A stretch of DNA of 64,000 nt from Synechococcus sp. (GCA_047284725.1 JBJBEO010000001.1:192001-256000); one strand, 5' to 3'; positions 10,402 to 22,551 are shown, counted from the stretch's first letter. Translations and numbers: made by a program. The notes: a model not told the origin generated them from the sequence alone.

Positions 10402-12414
10402 TCAGGCGACCGGTCCGCCAAGGGCACCGAACAGCACCACCAGAGCGATCACACCTCCGAACACGATCAGGGCGTAGAACTGGGCCCGACCGGTCTCGAA
10501 GTATTTGAGACCCTCTCCGCTGCCCAGGGTGAGCAGGCCAGTGAGGTTCACCACGCCATCCACCACTTTGGCATCCACCTCCAGCACTTCCCGAGCCAGC
10601 TTGCGGCTGCCGCGCACGAACAACTTCTCGTTGATGACGTCGAGATACCACTTGTTGGCGAGGAAGGCATTCACCGCTGGTACACGGGCGGCCACCAATT
10701 CACCGAGATCGATTGCGCGCAGGGCATAGGCGACCACAGCGATGGAGATGCCCGTGACGGAGATGGCCACGGAGGCGCCGGCCAGAGGCAGAAACTCTCC
10801 CCAGCTGAAGTGTTCTGCCATTTCGGCGGCTTCTTCGGGATTGAGGAGACCGGCGAAACGGCTGTTCCAAGGCGTGCCCAGCAGGCCAATCAGCACGGAG
10901 GGAACCGCCAGCACCGCCAGGGGGAACGTCATCGGCCAGGCGGATTCATGCACGCTGCCACCGTGATGGGCATGCTCCTCGTCGAGGCTCTTGCCTGCGG
11001 CTGCCATCAATTGTTGCTGCATCGCAGTGTCGTGACCACGGAACTGACCCTCGAACGTGAGGAAATAAAGGCGGAACATGTAGAAAGCGGTCATGCCCGC
11101 GGTGAGAAAACCAACGGCCCAGAGCAGGGGGTAGGTGTTGAAAGCCTGGCCGAGGATTTCGTCTTTGCTCCAGAAACCGGCCAACGGTGGAATGCCGCTG
11201 ATGGCGACGCAGCCGATGAAGAAGGTGATGGCCGTGATCGGCATTTTTTTGCGGAGGCCTCCCATGAGACGCATGTCTTGCGCCAGCACCGGTTCATGCC
11301 CCACGACGTCTTCCATGGCATGAATCACTGAGCCTGACCCCAGGAACAGCATGGCCTTGAAGAAGGCATGGGTGACGAGATGGAACATCCCGGCAACGGG
11401 AGCACCGCAGCCCATGGCCAGCATCATGTACCCCAACTGCGACACGGTGCTGTAGGCCAGTCCTTTTTTCAGGTCCATCTGGGTGAGGGCAATCGATGCC
11501 CCCAGGAAGCAAGTGATCGTGCCGACCACAGCGATCACCAGTCCCACACTTGGGAACTGGGCGTACAGCGGCTCGAGGCGGGCCACCAGGAACACACCGG
11601 CGGCCACCATCGTGGCGGCGTGAATCAGAGCTGAAATCGGAGTGGGGCCCTCCATGGCATCAGGCAGCCACACGTGCAGAGGGAATTGCGCCGATTTGGC
11701 CATCGGACCCATGAAGACCAGCAGGCAGAGGGCCAGAGCTGCCCATCCGGGGACTCCGCCGCTGCTGATGGCCCGTTGCAGGCCATCGGCAATGCCCTGG
11801 AAATCAAAACTGCCGGTCGCCCAGAACAGACCAAGGATCCCGAGCAGGAGGCCGAAATCTCCCACGCGGTTGACGATGAAGGCTTTCTGGGCCGCGTGAG
11901 CTGCGCCATCGCGGTCATACCAGAAGCCCACAAGCAGGTAGGAGCACATCCCCACCAGCTCCCAGAACACATAGATCTCGAGAAGGTTCGGGCTGATCAC
12001 CAACCCGAGCATCGAACTGCTGAACAGGGCGAGATAGGTGAAGAAGCGCACGTAACTCTTGTCGTGCGCCATATAGCCGTGGGAATAGATCAGCACCAGC
12101 AAGGCGATGGTGGTGACAAGGGCCAGCATCACGGAGCCCAACGGGTCGACGACGTACCCCATCGGCAGGCTGAAACTGCCCGCGCTGGCCCATACGAACA
12201 GATGTTCAACCGGTGGTGATCCGCCGAGCTGCTCAAACAGAATCGCGTAACTGATCACGGCCGCTGCTCCCACGCAGCTCAGCAGGAGCACTGCAACGGG
12301 TTTGCGCAGGCGGTTGATCGTGCGGTTGAAACTGATCAGTCCCATGCCCGTGATCAGTGCTCCGACAAGGGGAAGCACGGGGATCAACCAGGCGTAATCA
12401 GCGGCCGAATGCAT
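10402..12414 (-). CDS. ndhF: NDH-1 subunit F (NuoL family, NdhF1 type)
   Basis: KSAQFPLHVWLPDAMEGPTPISALIHAATMV and THAFFKAMLFL; ATG at 12414. Confidence 0.97.
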   Translation of the reverse strand: MHSAADYAWLIPVLPLVGALITGMGLISFNRTINRLRKPVAVLLLSCVGAAAVISYAILFEQLGGSPPVEHLFVWASAGSFSLPMGYVVDPLGSVMLALVTTIALLVLIYSHGYMAHDKSYVRFFTYLALFSSSMLGLVISPNLLEIYVFWELVGMCSYLLVGFWYDRDGAAHAAQKAFIVNRVGDFGLLLGILGLFWATGSFDFQGIADGLQRAISSGGVPGWAALALCLLVFMGPMAKSAQFPLHVWLPDAMEGPTPISALIHAATMVAAGVFLVARLEPLYAQFPSVGLVIAVVGTITCFLGASIALTQMDLKKGLAYSTVSQLGYMMLAMGCGAPVAGMFHLVTHAFFKAMLFLGSGSVIHAMEDVVGHEPVLAQDMRLMGGLRKKMPITAITFFIGCVAISGIPPLAGFWSKDEILGQAFNTYPLLWAVGFLTAGMTAFYMFRLYFLTFEGQFRGHDTAMQQQLMAAAGKSLDEEHAHHGGSVHESAWPMTFPLAVLAVPSVLIGLLGTPWNSRFAGLLNPEEAAEMAEHFSWGEFLPLAGASVAISVTGISIAVVAYALRAIDLGELVAARVPAVNAFLANKWYLDVINEKLFVRGSRKLAREVLEVDAKVVDGVVNLTGLLTLGSGEGLKYFETGRAQFYALIVFGGVIALVVLFGALGGPVA

Positions 12415-12449
12415 TCGGGCGAGGCAGGCTTCCGATGAGTGTAGGCAGC

Positions 12450-13196
12450 TCAGCCCAGCAGGCTTTCCAGTTGTGAGTGAAGAAACGCGGTGGTGCCGAT
12501 CGGGATGAAGCGGTGCGCCCACCAAAACACGGCTACCGCAATGGCAATACCGAGCTGCGCCGGCCGTAGAAATTCCTGCCAGGCCAGGTGTTGGCGTCCA
12601 TCCAGGACCGCGCGGAACGGCAGCACTGAGGTTGATGACCGCAGGTCTTCAAAGGCCTCTCCGAAGCGCGCTTGAAGACGTCGGTCGCCATGCCAGACCG
12701 CAAACAGGTGATGGCCGATCAGGCCCACGCAGGTCACCAGCATGAAGCTGCTGCCGATCCAGAGGGCATGGCTGACGCACCAGAGGATCTGTCCGATGGC
12801 CTGGGGGTGACGACTGATGCGGATGATGCCTGTGGCGTAGAGGCGCACCTCGGGCTTGAGCACCGCCGGGATCTCCAGAAGGTTGTAGGTGGCGGGATAG
12901 AGAAACAGAAAGCTGATCGCCGTCAGAACCCAGATCAAGGGAATGATCCCTGGCACGCCCTGCAGGTTCCAGAGTCTGATGCCGTCATAGCGATGGGCGA
13001 GGAAGTAGCCGATCACCACCACGGCAGAGGGGATGCTGGCCGCAGCGAACAACAGGCGCCAGGCCCTGGCGCCGATCCGCGCCTCGGCATGGGTCCGCAG
13101 GGCGGCACCACCGCTGTGAATCACGGCGAACAGCACCAGCAAGAGCAGCATCACCAGGCTGGTGTGATGCAGAGTGCCAGGTAGGGCGTCGGTCAC
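12450..13196 (-). CDS. NnrU-family membrane protein, 15-cis-zeta-carotene isomerase (Z-ISO)-like
   Basis: HSGGAALR, HRYDG, TGIIRISRHPQ and WHGDRRL motifs typical of Z-ISO; GTG start at 13196 inferred. Confidence 0.82.
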   Translation of the reverse strand: MTDALPGTLHHTSLVMLLLLVLFAVIHSGGAALRTHAEARIGARAWRLLFAAASIPSAVVVIGYFLAHRYDGIRLWNLQGVPGIIPLIWVLTAISFLFLYPATYNLLEIPAVLKPEVRLYATGIIRISRHPQAIGQILWCVSHALWIGSSFMLVTCVGLIGHHLFAVWHGDRRLQARFGEAFEDLRSSTSVLPFRAVLDGRQHLAWQEFLRPAQLGIAIAVAVFWWAHRFIPIGTTAFLHSQLESLLG

Positions 13197-13323
13197 AGGC
13201 TGCAGGCTGAGCAAGTGCGTCGATTCTGAAAGGTGGAGGATCCTCCTCGGGGCTGAGTGATCTCTCCTCAGCGATCCCACCTAAGGTTTTGAGGTTCGTC
13301 CCTGTCCGGGTGGGCAGGCCCCC

Positions 13324-14340
13324 ATGGCTGATCTGCCCTTCACCCTGGATCAACTGCGCATCCTCCGGGCCATCGTCAGCGAGGGCAGCTTCAAAAAGGC
13401 TGCCGACAGCCTTTTCGTGACTCAGCCTGCCGTGAGTCTGCAGATCCAGAACCTCGAGAAGCAGCTGGAGGTGTCCCTCTTTGATCGTGGCGGACGCAAG
13501 GCCCAGCTCACCGAGGCAGGGCATCTCCTTCTGGGTTATTGCGACAGGATTCTCAGTCAGTGCCATGAGGCCTGCAGGGCTCTCGACGATCTTCACAACC
13601 TCAAAGGAGGATCGCTGGTGGTGGGTGCAAGCCAGACCACGGGCACCTACCTGATGCCGCGCATGATCGGCCTGTTCCGCCAGAAATATCCCGATGTGGC
13701 TGTGCAGTTGCATGTGCACAGCACCCGACGTACGGGTTGGAGTGTGGCCAATGGTCAGATCGATCTGGCGATCATCGGCGGCGAACTGCCTCCGGAGCTG
13801 AATGAACTGCTGCAGGTGGTTCCCTATGCCAGCGATGAACTGGCGTTGGTGTTGCCGGTGAAGCATCCGCTCGCCCGGCTGATGGAGCTCAGCAAAGACG
13901 ATCTCTACCGTCTTGGCTTCGTCTGCCTCGACTCCCAGTCGACCACCCGCAAGATGGTTGACCAACTGCTGGTTCGTTCCGGGCTCGACGTGCAGCGGCT
14001 GCGCATCGAGATGGAGCTCAATTCCCTGGAAGCCATCAAGAACGCGGTGCAGGCTGGTCTGGGAGCCTCCTTTCTGCCGGTGGTGTCAATTGAGCGGGAA
14101 CTCAATGCCGGCACCCTGCACAAACCGTCGGTGGTTGACCTGCAGGTGCGCCGCCAGCTGAAGTTGATCAGCCATCCGGCGCGTTACTGCTCCAGGGCCT
14201 CCGACGCGTTTCGTCGCGATGTGCTGCCCCTCTTCGCCAGTGCGGACAGCCCTCTTCGTCAGCGAGCCCCTCAGCTTCAGGGACACTCCCAGGTGGAGGG
14301 ATCCTCGGCTGAAGAAGCGGCCAATGCGGCTCAGAACTGA
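13324..14340 (+). CDS. rbcR: LysR-family regulator, RbcR/Ycf30 type
   Basis: [26 protein letters not shown] and [13 protein letters not shown]. Confidence 0.85.
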   Translation: MADLPFTLDQLRILRAIVSEGSFKKAADSLFVTQPAVSLQIQNLEKQLEVSLFDRGGRKAQLTEAGHLLLGYCDRILSQCHEACRALDDLHNLKGGSLVVGASQTTGTYLMPRMIGLFRQKYPDVAVQLHVHSTRRTGWSVANGQIDLAIIGGELPPELNELLQVVPYASDELALVLPVKHPLARLMELSKDDLYRLGFVCLDSQSTTRKMVDQLLVRSGLDVQRLRIEMELNSLEAIKNAVQAGLGASFLPVVSIERELNAGTLHKPSVVDLQVRRQLKLISHPARYCSRASDAFRRDVLPLFASADSPLRQRAPQLQGHSQVEGSSAEEAANAAQN

Positions 14341-14939
14341 TCCGCTTCCGGGGTGATGCCCACGGAATCATCCGCAACGCCCTTGGTGATGAATTTGTTC
14401 TCACGGCTATCGGTCTGATAGACACAGCGAACAATGGGCTTATCCCGGATCGAACCGATGTAGGCGAAGGTGTTCATCCGTTGCTTGCATTCTCGCTCCT
14501 GGGCCGGTGTGACAGCACCTTCCTTGCGCAAGACAGCCCAGTTCTCCCGCCGGATCACGCAGCCTGCCTGAAGCAGCGGCTGGGTCACGAAGCTGCTGAC
14601 CGGGTTCATGGTCGTGTACATCTCCACGTCCATCACGTAGGCACTGGCTCCCCATTGCCGGCAGAATTCCGGATCGGGGACGGCCATATCCAGCTGCTGG
14701 CTGCTGGCGATGTTGCCTTGATCGCCCTGGGTGGTGCTTGTCACGGCACTGCCGATGCCGATCCCCACGACGAGCACACCTGCCAACACGGCTGCGGTGG
14801 CCGTGTTGAATTTCATGCCGCCAGTGTTGCCTCCAGGCGGCCCCCCGGGAGGTGGCCCGGATGGTCTTGGCCGCCCTTGACGCGGACGGCCGTAGTCATC
14901 ATTGCTGTACCGGGGGCGGCCGTAGGGGGAGCGACTCAC
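14331..14939 (-). CDS. DUF3172-family protein
   Basis: Single TM helix, [13 protein letters not shown] and [12 protein letters not shown] start overlaps the ndhM stop. Confidence 0.78.
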   Translation of the reverse strand: MSRSPYGRPRYSNDDYGRPRQGRPRPSGPPPGGPPGGNTGGMKFNTATAAVLAGVLVVGIGIGSAVTSTTQGDQGNIASSQQLDMAVPDPEFCRQWGASAYVMDVEMYTTMNPVSSFVTQPLLQAGCVIRRENWAVLRKEGAVTPAQERECKQRMNTFAYIGSIRDKPIVRCVYQTDSRENKFITKGVADDSVGITPEADQF

Positions 14940-15283
14940 AGCAGTTCTGGAGAGCGGGGCAGGCCCATCGAATAATTCAAGACCCGGCAATCGGGGTTGT
15001 AGCTCAGTTCACCCTTCTGAAGCAGTTGGCGGATGCATCCCTCCAGCTCCGAACCGATCTTGCGCAGGTTGTAATCGCTGAGCTCGGCGCCGTCGTGCTG
15101 GTCGACGAGCTCTTTGAACCGCTCCTGAACCCGTGAGATCGCACGGTCAGTCCAGATGAACTCGTTGTCGGGATCGAGATCGAGGGTGAGCTGCCCAGGA
15201 TCCTGCACAAGGTTGTTGTCCTCCACCCTCGCCGTGAACAGGCGCACATGGCGGGTCGTGCACTTGAGCAGGGTCTCGGCCAT
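14936..15283 (-). CDS. ndhM: NDH-1 subunit M
   Basis: [24 protein letters not shown] and [10 protein letters not shown]. Confidence 0.94.
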   Translation of the reverse strand: MAETLLKCTTRHVRLFTARVEDNNLVQDPGQLTLDLDPDNEFIWTDRAISRVQERFKELVDQHDGAELSDYNLRKIGSELEGCIRQLLQKGELSYNPDCRVLNYSMGLPRSPELL

Positions 15284-15334
15284 GGCAGCGATAGGTCCTC
15301 ACAGGGACCGGAACGGCAATGTGCCCGACTTTAG

Positions 15335-16807
<1,473 letters not shown>

Positions 16808-16810
16808 GTT

Positions 16811-17719
16811 ATGCCCCTCGCCGCCTCCGATCTCGACGCTGCCTACGAAAGCTGTCGGCAAGAGACCGCGACCTGGGCCAAGACCTTTTACCTCGGCACC
16901 CTGCTTCTGCCGCCTGATAAGCGTCGTGCGATCTGGGCGATTTACGTCTGGTGTCGGCGTACTGACGAATTGATGGATAGCGAAGAGGCGCAGGCGCGCC
17001 CCTTGGAGGAGTTGGCACTCCGCCTGGATCGATGGGAGGAGAAGACCCGTGCCTTGTTCAACGGGGTTGTGGAGGACGATCTCGATGCAGTGATGGTAGA
17101 TACCCTTGAGCGGTTCCCCCAGGGCATTCAGCCCTATCTCGACATGATCGAGGGGCAGCGGATGGATCTCACCTGGACCCGCTATCCCACCTTCGAAGAT
17201 CTCAAGCTCTACTGCTACCGGGTGGCAGGCACCGTCGGGCTGATGACCCAGGGTGTGATGGGCGTTGATCGTGCCTACACCACAGCCCCGTGGAGTGACT
17301 GCCCGGACACGTCCGACGCTGCTGTGGCATTGGGAATCGCCAATCAGCTCACCAATATTCTTCGCGATGTTGGCGAAGACCGTGGGCGCGGACGTATTTA
17401 TCTGCCTCAGGAAGATCTGCAACGGTTTGGCTACAGCGAGGACGATCTCCTTGCTGGCCGCTTGAACGAGGCCTGGCGCCAGCTCATGGCGTTTCAGCTC
17501 GAGCGCGCACGGGATTGGTTCGCGCGATCCGAGGCGGGCGTCCGTTGGCTCTCGGCGGATGCTCGCTGGCCGGTGTGGACCTCGTTACGCCTGTATCGCG
17601 GCATTCTGGATGCGATTGAGCAGCTTGATTACGACGTGTTCCAGCATCGCGCCTATGTGGGGCGTTTAGGAAAGATGCTGGAGCTTCCTCGCTCGTATGT
17701 GATTGCTCAGACCCGCTGA
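16811..17719 (+). CDS. crtB: Phytoene synthase
   Basis: AKTFYLGT, CRRTDELMD, YCYRVAGTVGLM and NILRDVGED. Confidence 0.97.
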   Translation: MPLAASDLDAAYESCRQETATWAKTFYLGTLLLPPDKRRAIWAIYVWCRRTDELMDSEEAQARPLEELALRLDRWEEKTRALFNGVVEDDLDAVMVDTLERFPQGIQPYLDMIEGQRMDLTWTRYPTFEDLKLYCYRVAGTVGLMTQGVMGVDRAYTTAPWSDCPDTSDAAVALGIANQLTNILRDVGEDRGRGRIYLPQEDLQRFGYSEDDLLAGRLNEAWRQLMAFQLERARDWFARSEAGVRWLSADARWPVWTSLRLYRGILDAIEQLDYDVFQHRAYVGRLGKMLELPRSYVIAQTR

Positions 17720-17724
17720 GCATG

Positions 17725-17750
17725 AAAAAGCCCGGACTTGAAACCGGGCC
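17725..17750 (-). terminator. Intrinsic terminator of the RNA-binding protein gene
   Basis: Minus strand GCCCGG-tttcaagt-CCGGGC-TTTTT. Confidence 0.7.
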
Positions 17751-17790
17751 TGCGTTCAATCGGACGATCTGACTCGACGATGGCTCAGAT

Positions 17791-18222
17791 TCAGACCGCG
17801 GTTTTCTGGTTGGCCAGGAGATCTTTGAGCTTGCTCAGCTCGCCTGCCCAGCGGGGATCGGGAGCTTCTTCTGCCTTGGCGTCGCTATGAACCACCTTGT
17901 TGACGGCCTTACGGGCTGAACAGGGAGCATGGGAGGCACCGGGACCGCGGCGCGCACCACCACCGGCGTTGTTGTCGCGACGCTCGGAACGCTCCACCCG
18001 CAGGGAGTTGCCACCAAACTCTTTGCCGTTGAGTTGCTCAATCACGGCATCAGCGACTTTCTCGTCGTTGACGTTGGCGAAACCGAAACCGCGGCAGCTG
18101 CCTGTTTCGCGATCCAACACAGCTTTGAAACGGATCCCTTCCCCGATGCCGGCGAGCTGAGCTTCAAGCTCTTTGGAATCAAAATTTTGCGGCAGATTGC
18201 CGACGTAAAGGCGGACGCTCAT
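17791..18222 (-). CDS. RRM RNA-binding protein (Rbp3 type)
   Basis: RNP2 LYVGNL, RNP1 RGFGFANV, C-terminal PDPRWA..L..LK; ATG at 18222. Confidence 0.9.
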   Translation of the reverse strand: MSVRLYVGNLPQNFDSKELEAQLAGIGEGIRFKAVLDRETGSCRGFGFANVNDEKVADAVIEQLNGKEFGGNSLRVERSERRDNNAGGGARRGPGASHAPCSARKAVNKVVHSDAKAEEAPDPRWAGELSKLKDLLANQKTAV

Positions 18223-18313
18223 GGAAAGGGGGGAAGAAATACGGCGTGTTCGATCGGTGTCGACACTGCTAGGGCAGTTAACCACAGCGTGGTCATGCGC
18301 TGGATCAACCGGA

Positions 18314-19561
18314 TCAGCTGTTGCTGTGCGTTTGCCACCAGCTCCGGGCCTCTGCGAGGGCCGCCTCCTGTCCGTCGATGCGGCCGAACGCATGCTCCAC
18401 GGCCAGGTGCTTGATCAGCAGCCCGAGGGTGGGCCCAGGCGGTATGGCCAGTTTCTGCTGAAGGATGGAGCCGTTGATCGGTGGCCGGGGGTGAAACAGA
18501 GGATCGTGGGCGTCGCGCCAGCGTTCCAGCCAGATTGCTTGATCGTCTTGAGGCAACTGAACAATCAAAGCGGGGAGGTCTGAGCCGAGGTCGGTGTGCA
18601 TCCGGAGTCGTTCCTCCTCAGGCAGCGCGGCATAGGCCTGGCCATCATCCCGCTGCTGCCAGACGCGCAGGCGCTTGCAACGTTGGATTTGCCTGCGACT
18701 GAAGCGCAACTGCTGCAGCCCCTCATCGCTGAGCAGGGCTGTGAGCCTCAGCAGGGGAAGGGCCTGCTCACGCTCGTTGTCACGCAGCCGTGCGGTGTCC
18801 AGCTTGCTGCTCAGCGCCCGATCTGTTCCATCCACGGTTGCGGCTGGAGCCCAAGGCTGGTTCAGGCCGCTGGCGAGGAGCTGGGGGAGTGCCCGATCCG
18901 CCCAGCGAGCACGCACCAGTTTGCTGAGTTCGGCCTGGATCCGTTCCGGTGCTGCTTTGGGGAGAAGGTGGCGATGGCGAGCCAGTAAGGGCAAGGTGGA
19001 GCCGGCAACGGCAAAGCCGAGCTCCGCCGCCAGACGCAGGCCCCGCAGCAACCTCAGGGGATCATCGATCAGGTTCTTTTCGGCCACAGCCGTGAGCAGC
19101 CCAGCTCTGAGATCGCTGATGCCACCGGTGGGGTCCACCAGGCATGGTGTGGGGGCAAGCTCCAGGGCGATGGCGTTGATGCGGTAGTCCCGTCGCTGCA
19201 GGTCCGCGTGGAGGCTCCCTCCGTCGCGCCGGGCCAGGTCAATGGTCCAGCCCTTCACCACCAGGCGTGCCATATCGCGGGCTTCATCCAGCACGACACA
19301 GGCGCCTCCATGGCGTTGGGCCAGTGTTCGCGTCTGGCCGAGGGCGTTGTCGGGCACCACCAGATCCAGATCCGGCGTGGCGCTCAGGCGGTTGAGGAGT
19401 GCATCGCGCACGGCGCCTCCCACGAGCGCGCTGCCGGCGGGGAACGCCTCCAGCGGCACCGGCCAGTGCTCTGGCGCCAGACGTTTCAGCAGAAGACTCG
19501 CCTGAACAGACGGTTCAGCCTCCAGAATGGAACCCTCAGCGGCGGGAGGAGGCATGTGCAT
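18314..19561 (-). CDS. Class II tRNA nucleotidyltransferase (probably CC-adding)
   Basis: LVGGAVRD..DLDL, RRDYRINAIA and DDPLRLLR; true start probably somewhat downstream. Confidence 0.88.
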   Translation of the reverse strand: MHMPPPAAEGSILEAEPSVQASLLLKRLAPEHWPVPLEAFPAGSALVGGAVRDALLNRLSATPDLDLVVPDNALGQTRTLAQRHGGACVVLDEARDMARLVVKGWTIDLARRDGGSLHADLQRRDYRINAIALELAPTPCLVDPTGGISDLRAGLLTAVAEKNLIDDPLRLLRGLRLAAELGFAVAGSTLPLLARHRHLLPKAAPERIQAELSKLVRARWADRALPQLLASGLNQPWAPAATVDGTDRALSSKLDTARLRDNEREQALPLLRLTALLSDEGLQQLRFSRRQIQRCKRLRVWQQRDDGQAYAALPEEERLRMHTDLGSDLPALIVQLPQDDQAIWLERWRDAHDPLFHPRPPINGSILQQKLAIPPGPTLGLLIKHLAVEHAFGRIDGQEAALAEARSWWQTHSNS

Positions 19562-19805
19562 CTGTGTGGATTGCCGCTGGGTGGATCGCTGTCAGGCCTA
19601 TCACGCTGTGGAACGACAGCATGGCGCTGTCCACCTCTGTCAAGCTCCCGATCTGGTGCCTGATCAGCCCCGCATTCATATCAGTGTGCTCGACCTCCCC
19701 GGCGGTGGCGCCGGTGTGGAGTGGGATGTACGTGGCTGCGGCAGCTTTGAGGCCGAGCCCGGGCGATGGCAACGGCTGCGCCCGGGCGTGGAGTTGCCGC
19801 GATGA
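19554..19805 (+). CDS. ycf34: Ycf34 small Fe-S protein
   Basis: MCICVDC..C..YH.VE.QH and EWDV.GC.SF. Confidence 0.9.
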   Translation: MCICVDCRWVDRCQAYHAVERQHGAVHLCQAPDLVPDQPRIHISVLDLPGGGAGVEWDVRGCGSFEAEPGRWQRLRPGVELPR

Positions 19806-20422
19806 CGGGTTGGCTCCTGGCACTCCACAGCTCCACCCCAGTGCTTGGGGTGGCAGTGCTTCATCTTGAGGATCCTGAGGGAACCCGTTGTGTGCTGACC
19901 AGGCCGGCTGGGCGGGAACTCACCAATGGGTTGCTCGGAGCTGTGGAGGAGCTGCTCCCGGCCCAGCACTGGCACAAAATCTCTCGCTTGGCGGTGGCAA
20001 CGGGGCCTGGCGGTTTCACCGGTACCCGTTTGACGGTGGTGATGGCTCGCACCCTGGCGCAGCAGTTGCAGTGCCCCCTGGATGGGGTGAGCAGTTTCGC
20101 TCTGATGGCGCCGCGACTGGCTCGGGATGCTGACCTTGCCTCAACGGCGGATCCGTTCTGGATCGTTCAGACCCTGCCACGCCGCGGCAGGGTCGCCGGC
20201 GCGTACCGCTTAGGCCCCCATGGCGAGGTTGAGGAGATGGAAACGCCCCATCTGTTGGCGGAGGACGCCCAGCCATCGCCGGCGCTTTCGATGGAGGAGA
20301 ACGTTGACGCTGACGTCAGCAAGCTTCTGGATCTGTGCTTCGAGGCGCACCGGACAGGGGTGTCTGCCCCCTGGAATGGAGTGCTGCCCCACTACCCCAC
20401 GTCGCCAGTGGGGGTTGTCTAG
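19802..20422 (+). CDS. tsaB: tRNA t6A biosynthesis protein TsaB
   Basis: LLALHSST and VATGPGGFTGTR; ATGA overlap with ycf34. Confidence 0.9.
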   Translation: MTGWLLALHSSTPVLGVAVLHLEDPEGTRCVLTRPAGRELTNGLLGAVEELLPAQHWHKISRLAVATGPGGFTGTRLTVVMARTLAQQLQCPLDGVSSFALMAPRLARDADLASTADPFWIVQTLPRRGRVAGAYRLGPHGEVEEMETPHLLAEDAQPSPALSMEENVDADVSKLLDLCFEAHRTGVSAPWNGVLPHYPTSPVGVV

Positions 20423-20427
20423 GCGCG

Positions 20428-21009
20428 ATGGCACGTCGCTGGATCTGGTTTGGTTTGGCGGCTGGGCTGGGAGTGCTGTGTGCGGGGCCGCTGCAGCCTT
20501 ATGGCCAGGCGTTGTTCACCCAGCAGACCCCCCAGAGGATTCTTGTGCTGGGTGGGGATGTGGATCGGGAGCGGGTGGGTCTCAAACTGGCGCGGCGGAT
20601 GCAGTTGCCGCTGGTGGTGAGCGGTGGCAGCAACCCTGAATACGCCCATTGGTTGATGGAAGAGGAGGGCCTGCGGGCAGGGCAGGTGGTGCTCGACTAT
20701 CGAGCTGCAGACACCCTGGGAAATTTCACCTCCCTGGTCGACGATCTCCAGCGTGAGGGCATCCGTCATGTGCTATTGGTGACCAGTGAAGATCACCTGC
20801 CAAGGGCGATGACAGTGGGAGGTGTGGTGGCGGGCAGCCGTGGCATCCGTCTCTCGGGTGTCCCAGTGGCGTGTGCCAGTCCCTGCGGCCCAGAAAGCCC
20901 CGGCAAGCAGTGGGGTGATGGCCTCCGAGCGCTGGCCTGGGTGTTGACGGGCCGAGATCTGAAGCCCTGGGCCAGGGCTCAGCTGGGCCGACTGCTCAGT
21001 AGCCCCTGA
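20428..21009 (+). CDS. YdcF/DUF218-family protein
   Basis: N-terminal TM helix, ILVLGG, VVSGG, DTLGNF and VTSEDHLPRA. Confidence 0.85.
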   Translation: MARRWIWFGLAAGLGVLCAGPLQPYGQALFTQQTPQRILVLGGDVDRERVGLKLARRMQLPLVVSGGSNPEYAHWLMEEEGLRAGQVVLDYRAADTLGNFTSLVDDLQREGIRHVLLVTSEDHLPRAMTVGGVVAGSRGIRLSGVPVACASPCGPESPGKQWGDGLRALAWVLTGRDLKPWARAQLGRLLSSP

Positions 21010-21626
21010 TCGAGCAGGGCGTTGATCCGCCGTTGCAGTTCCAGGGTGGTGGCCTCCAGGTCGGGCTTGCGGCGACTGGCCGGGGGTGGCACCGGTTCGC
21101 CGATGCGCAGCTGGATGGGCACCAGCCTGGGCAGGGACTGGCCGGTGCCCAAGGCGCGGTGGCTGTTGATGATGGCGACCGGAAGCAGGGGTGAACCACT
21201 GCGAGCAGCCAAGAGGGCAGCGCCTGGCATCGGTTGATTGATGCGGCCATCGGCTTGTCGGGTGCCGTCGAGAAACACGCCTGTGGCCCAGCCTTCACTG
21301 AGGCGGGCCGTTGCGGTGCGGATCGCTTCCCGGTCGCTCGAACCCCGCTTGACCGGATAGGCCGCCAGGGCACGGATCAACGGTCCGAGCAGGGGGACCC
21401 GGAAGAGTTCCTCTTTGGCCATGAAAGCCACGGGTCTTCCCAGGGCATGGCCCAGGAGTGGCGGGTCGAGATGGGAGCCATGGTTCGCCACCACCACGAG
21501 GGGGCCTTCAGTCGGCACGTTGTGCCGACCGCTGACGCGTCCGCGGAAGAGGATGCGGAACAGAGGAAAGACCAAGAGCCTGCTCACCATCCGGTAGGTG
21601 AGGCTCGGGCGTGGAGGATGGGTCAC
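20979..21626 (-). CDS. plsC: 1-acyl-sn-glycerol-3-phosphate acyltransferase
   Basis: NHGSHLDP (HX4D), FMAKEEL and FLDGTR; GTG start at 21626 inferred. Confidence 0.92.
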   Translation of the reverse strand: MTHPPRPSLTYRMVSRLLVFPLFRILFRGRVSGRHNVPTEGPLVVVANHGSHLDPPLLGHALGRPVAFMAKEELFRVPLLGPLIRALAAYPVKRGSSDREAIRTATARLSEGWATGVFLDGTRQADGRINQPMPGAALLAARSGSPLLPVAIINSHRALGTGQSLPRLVPIQLRIGEPVPPPASRRKPDLEATTLELQRRINALLDQGLLSSRPS

Positions 21627-21627
21627 C

Positions 21628-22524
21628 TCAGAGCCCCAGGTCAGCGGCGCTGGCCAGCTGGCTGGTGAGCACGCCGCTGAGGGCGCGTTTGGCCAGGCCA
21701 CTGAGCACGTTGCCAGGGCCGATCTCCACCAAGGTGTCGACGCCGGCTCCGGTCATGGCCTCCATGGTTTCGCGCCAGCGCACACCCGTGGTCATCTGAT
21801 CGCGAAGGCGCTGTTTGATCACGCCTGCATCACAGCTGGGGGTTGGATCGGTGTTGCTCAGCACCGGCACGCGGGCATCGGCAAAGGGCACACCATCGAG
21901 ATGGCTGGAGAAGGCAGCCGCTGCTTCGGCCATGAAGGGGGAGTGGAACGCGCCTGAGACAGGCAATGGAATGGCGCGTTTGCAGGTGAGTGCCTCACTC
22001 ACGGCTTTGACAGCATCAGGGGTGCCTGAGAGCACAACCTGGGCGGCACTGTTGTCGTTGGCGATCACCACGCCTTCCTGCTCCGCAACCAGTGAATCGA
22101 GCTGATCCCTGTCAAAGCCGATCACGGCTGTCATGGCACCGCCCCCTGCGCTGGCCATCAGGGTGGAGCGACGCAACATCAGATCGAGCCCGGTGGACGC
22201 GTCAAAGACGCCGGCGGCGTAGAGCGCTACCAATTCACCCAGGCTGTGGCCTGCCACAAGGCTTGCTTCACGTCCCTGACGGCGCAGTTCATCCACGATC
22301 AACGTCTCCACCACAAAGAGGGCGGGTTGGGTGTTGCGGGTGTCATTGAGATCCGCAGGCCCTTCGCAGTCGCTGGCTTCGCCTTTGCAGATGGCCAGCA
22401 GATCGCGGCCCAGCATCGTCGAGGCGAGGGCAAAGCGTTCTTCAGCGCCCGGCAGGCTGAGCACAGGGTCGGCCATGCCGACTTTCTGAGACCCCTGACC
22501 GGGAAACACCCAGGCGATCGCCAT
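21628..22524 (-). CDS. fabD: Malonyl-CoA:ACP transacylase
   Basis: FPGQGSQ, GHSLGE and SGAFHS. Confidence 0.96.
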   Translation of the reverse strand: MAIAWVFPGQGSQKVGMADPVLSLPGAEERFALASTMLGRDLLAICKGEASDCEGPADLNDTRNTQPALFVVETLIVDELRRQGREASLVAGHSLGELVALYAAGVFDASTGLDLMLRRSTLMASAGGGAMTAVIGFDRDQLDSLVAEQEGVVIANDNSAAQVVLSGTPDAVKAVSEALTCKRAIPLPVSGAFHSPFMAEAAAAFSSHLDGVPFADARVPVLSNTDPTPSCDAGVIKQRLRDQMTTGVRWRETMEAMTGAGVDTLVEIGPGNVLSGLAKRALSGVLTSQLASAADLGL

Positions 22525-22551
22525 GGAAAAGCGTGCGGTTGTGGGGGGAGC

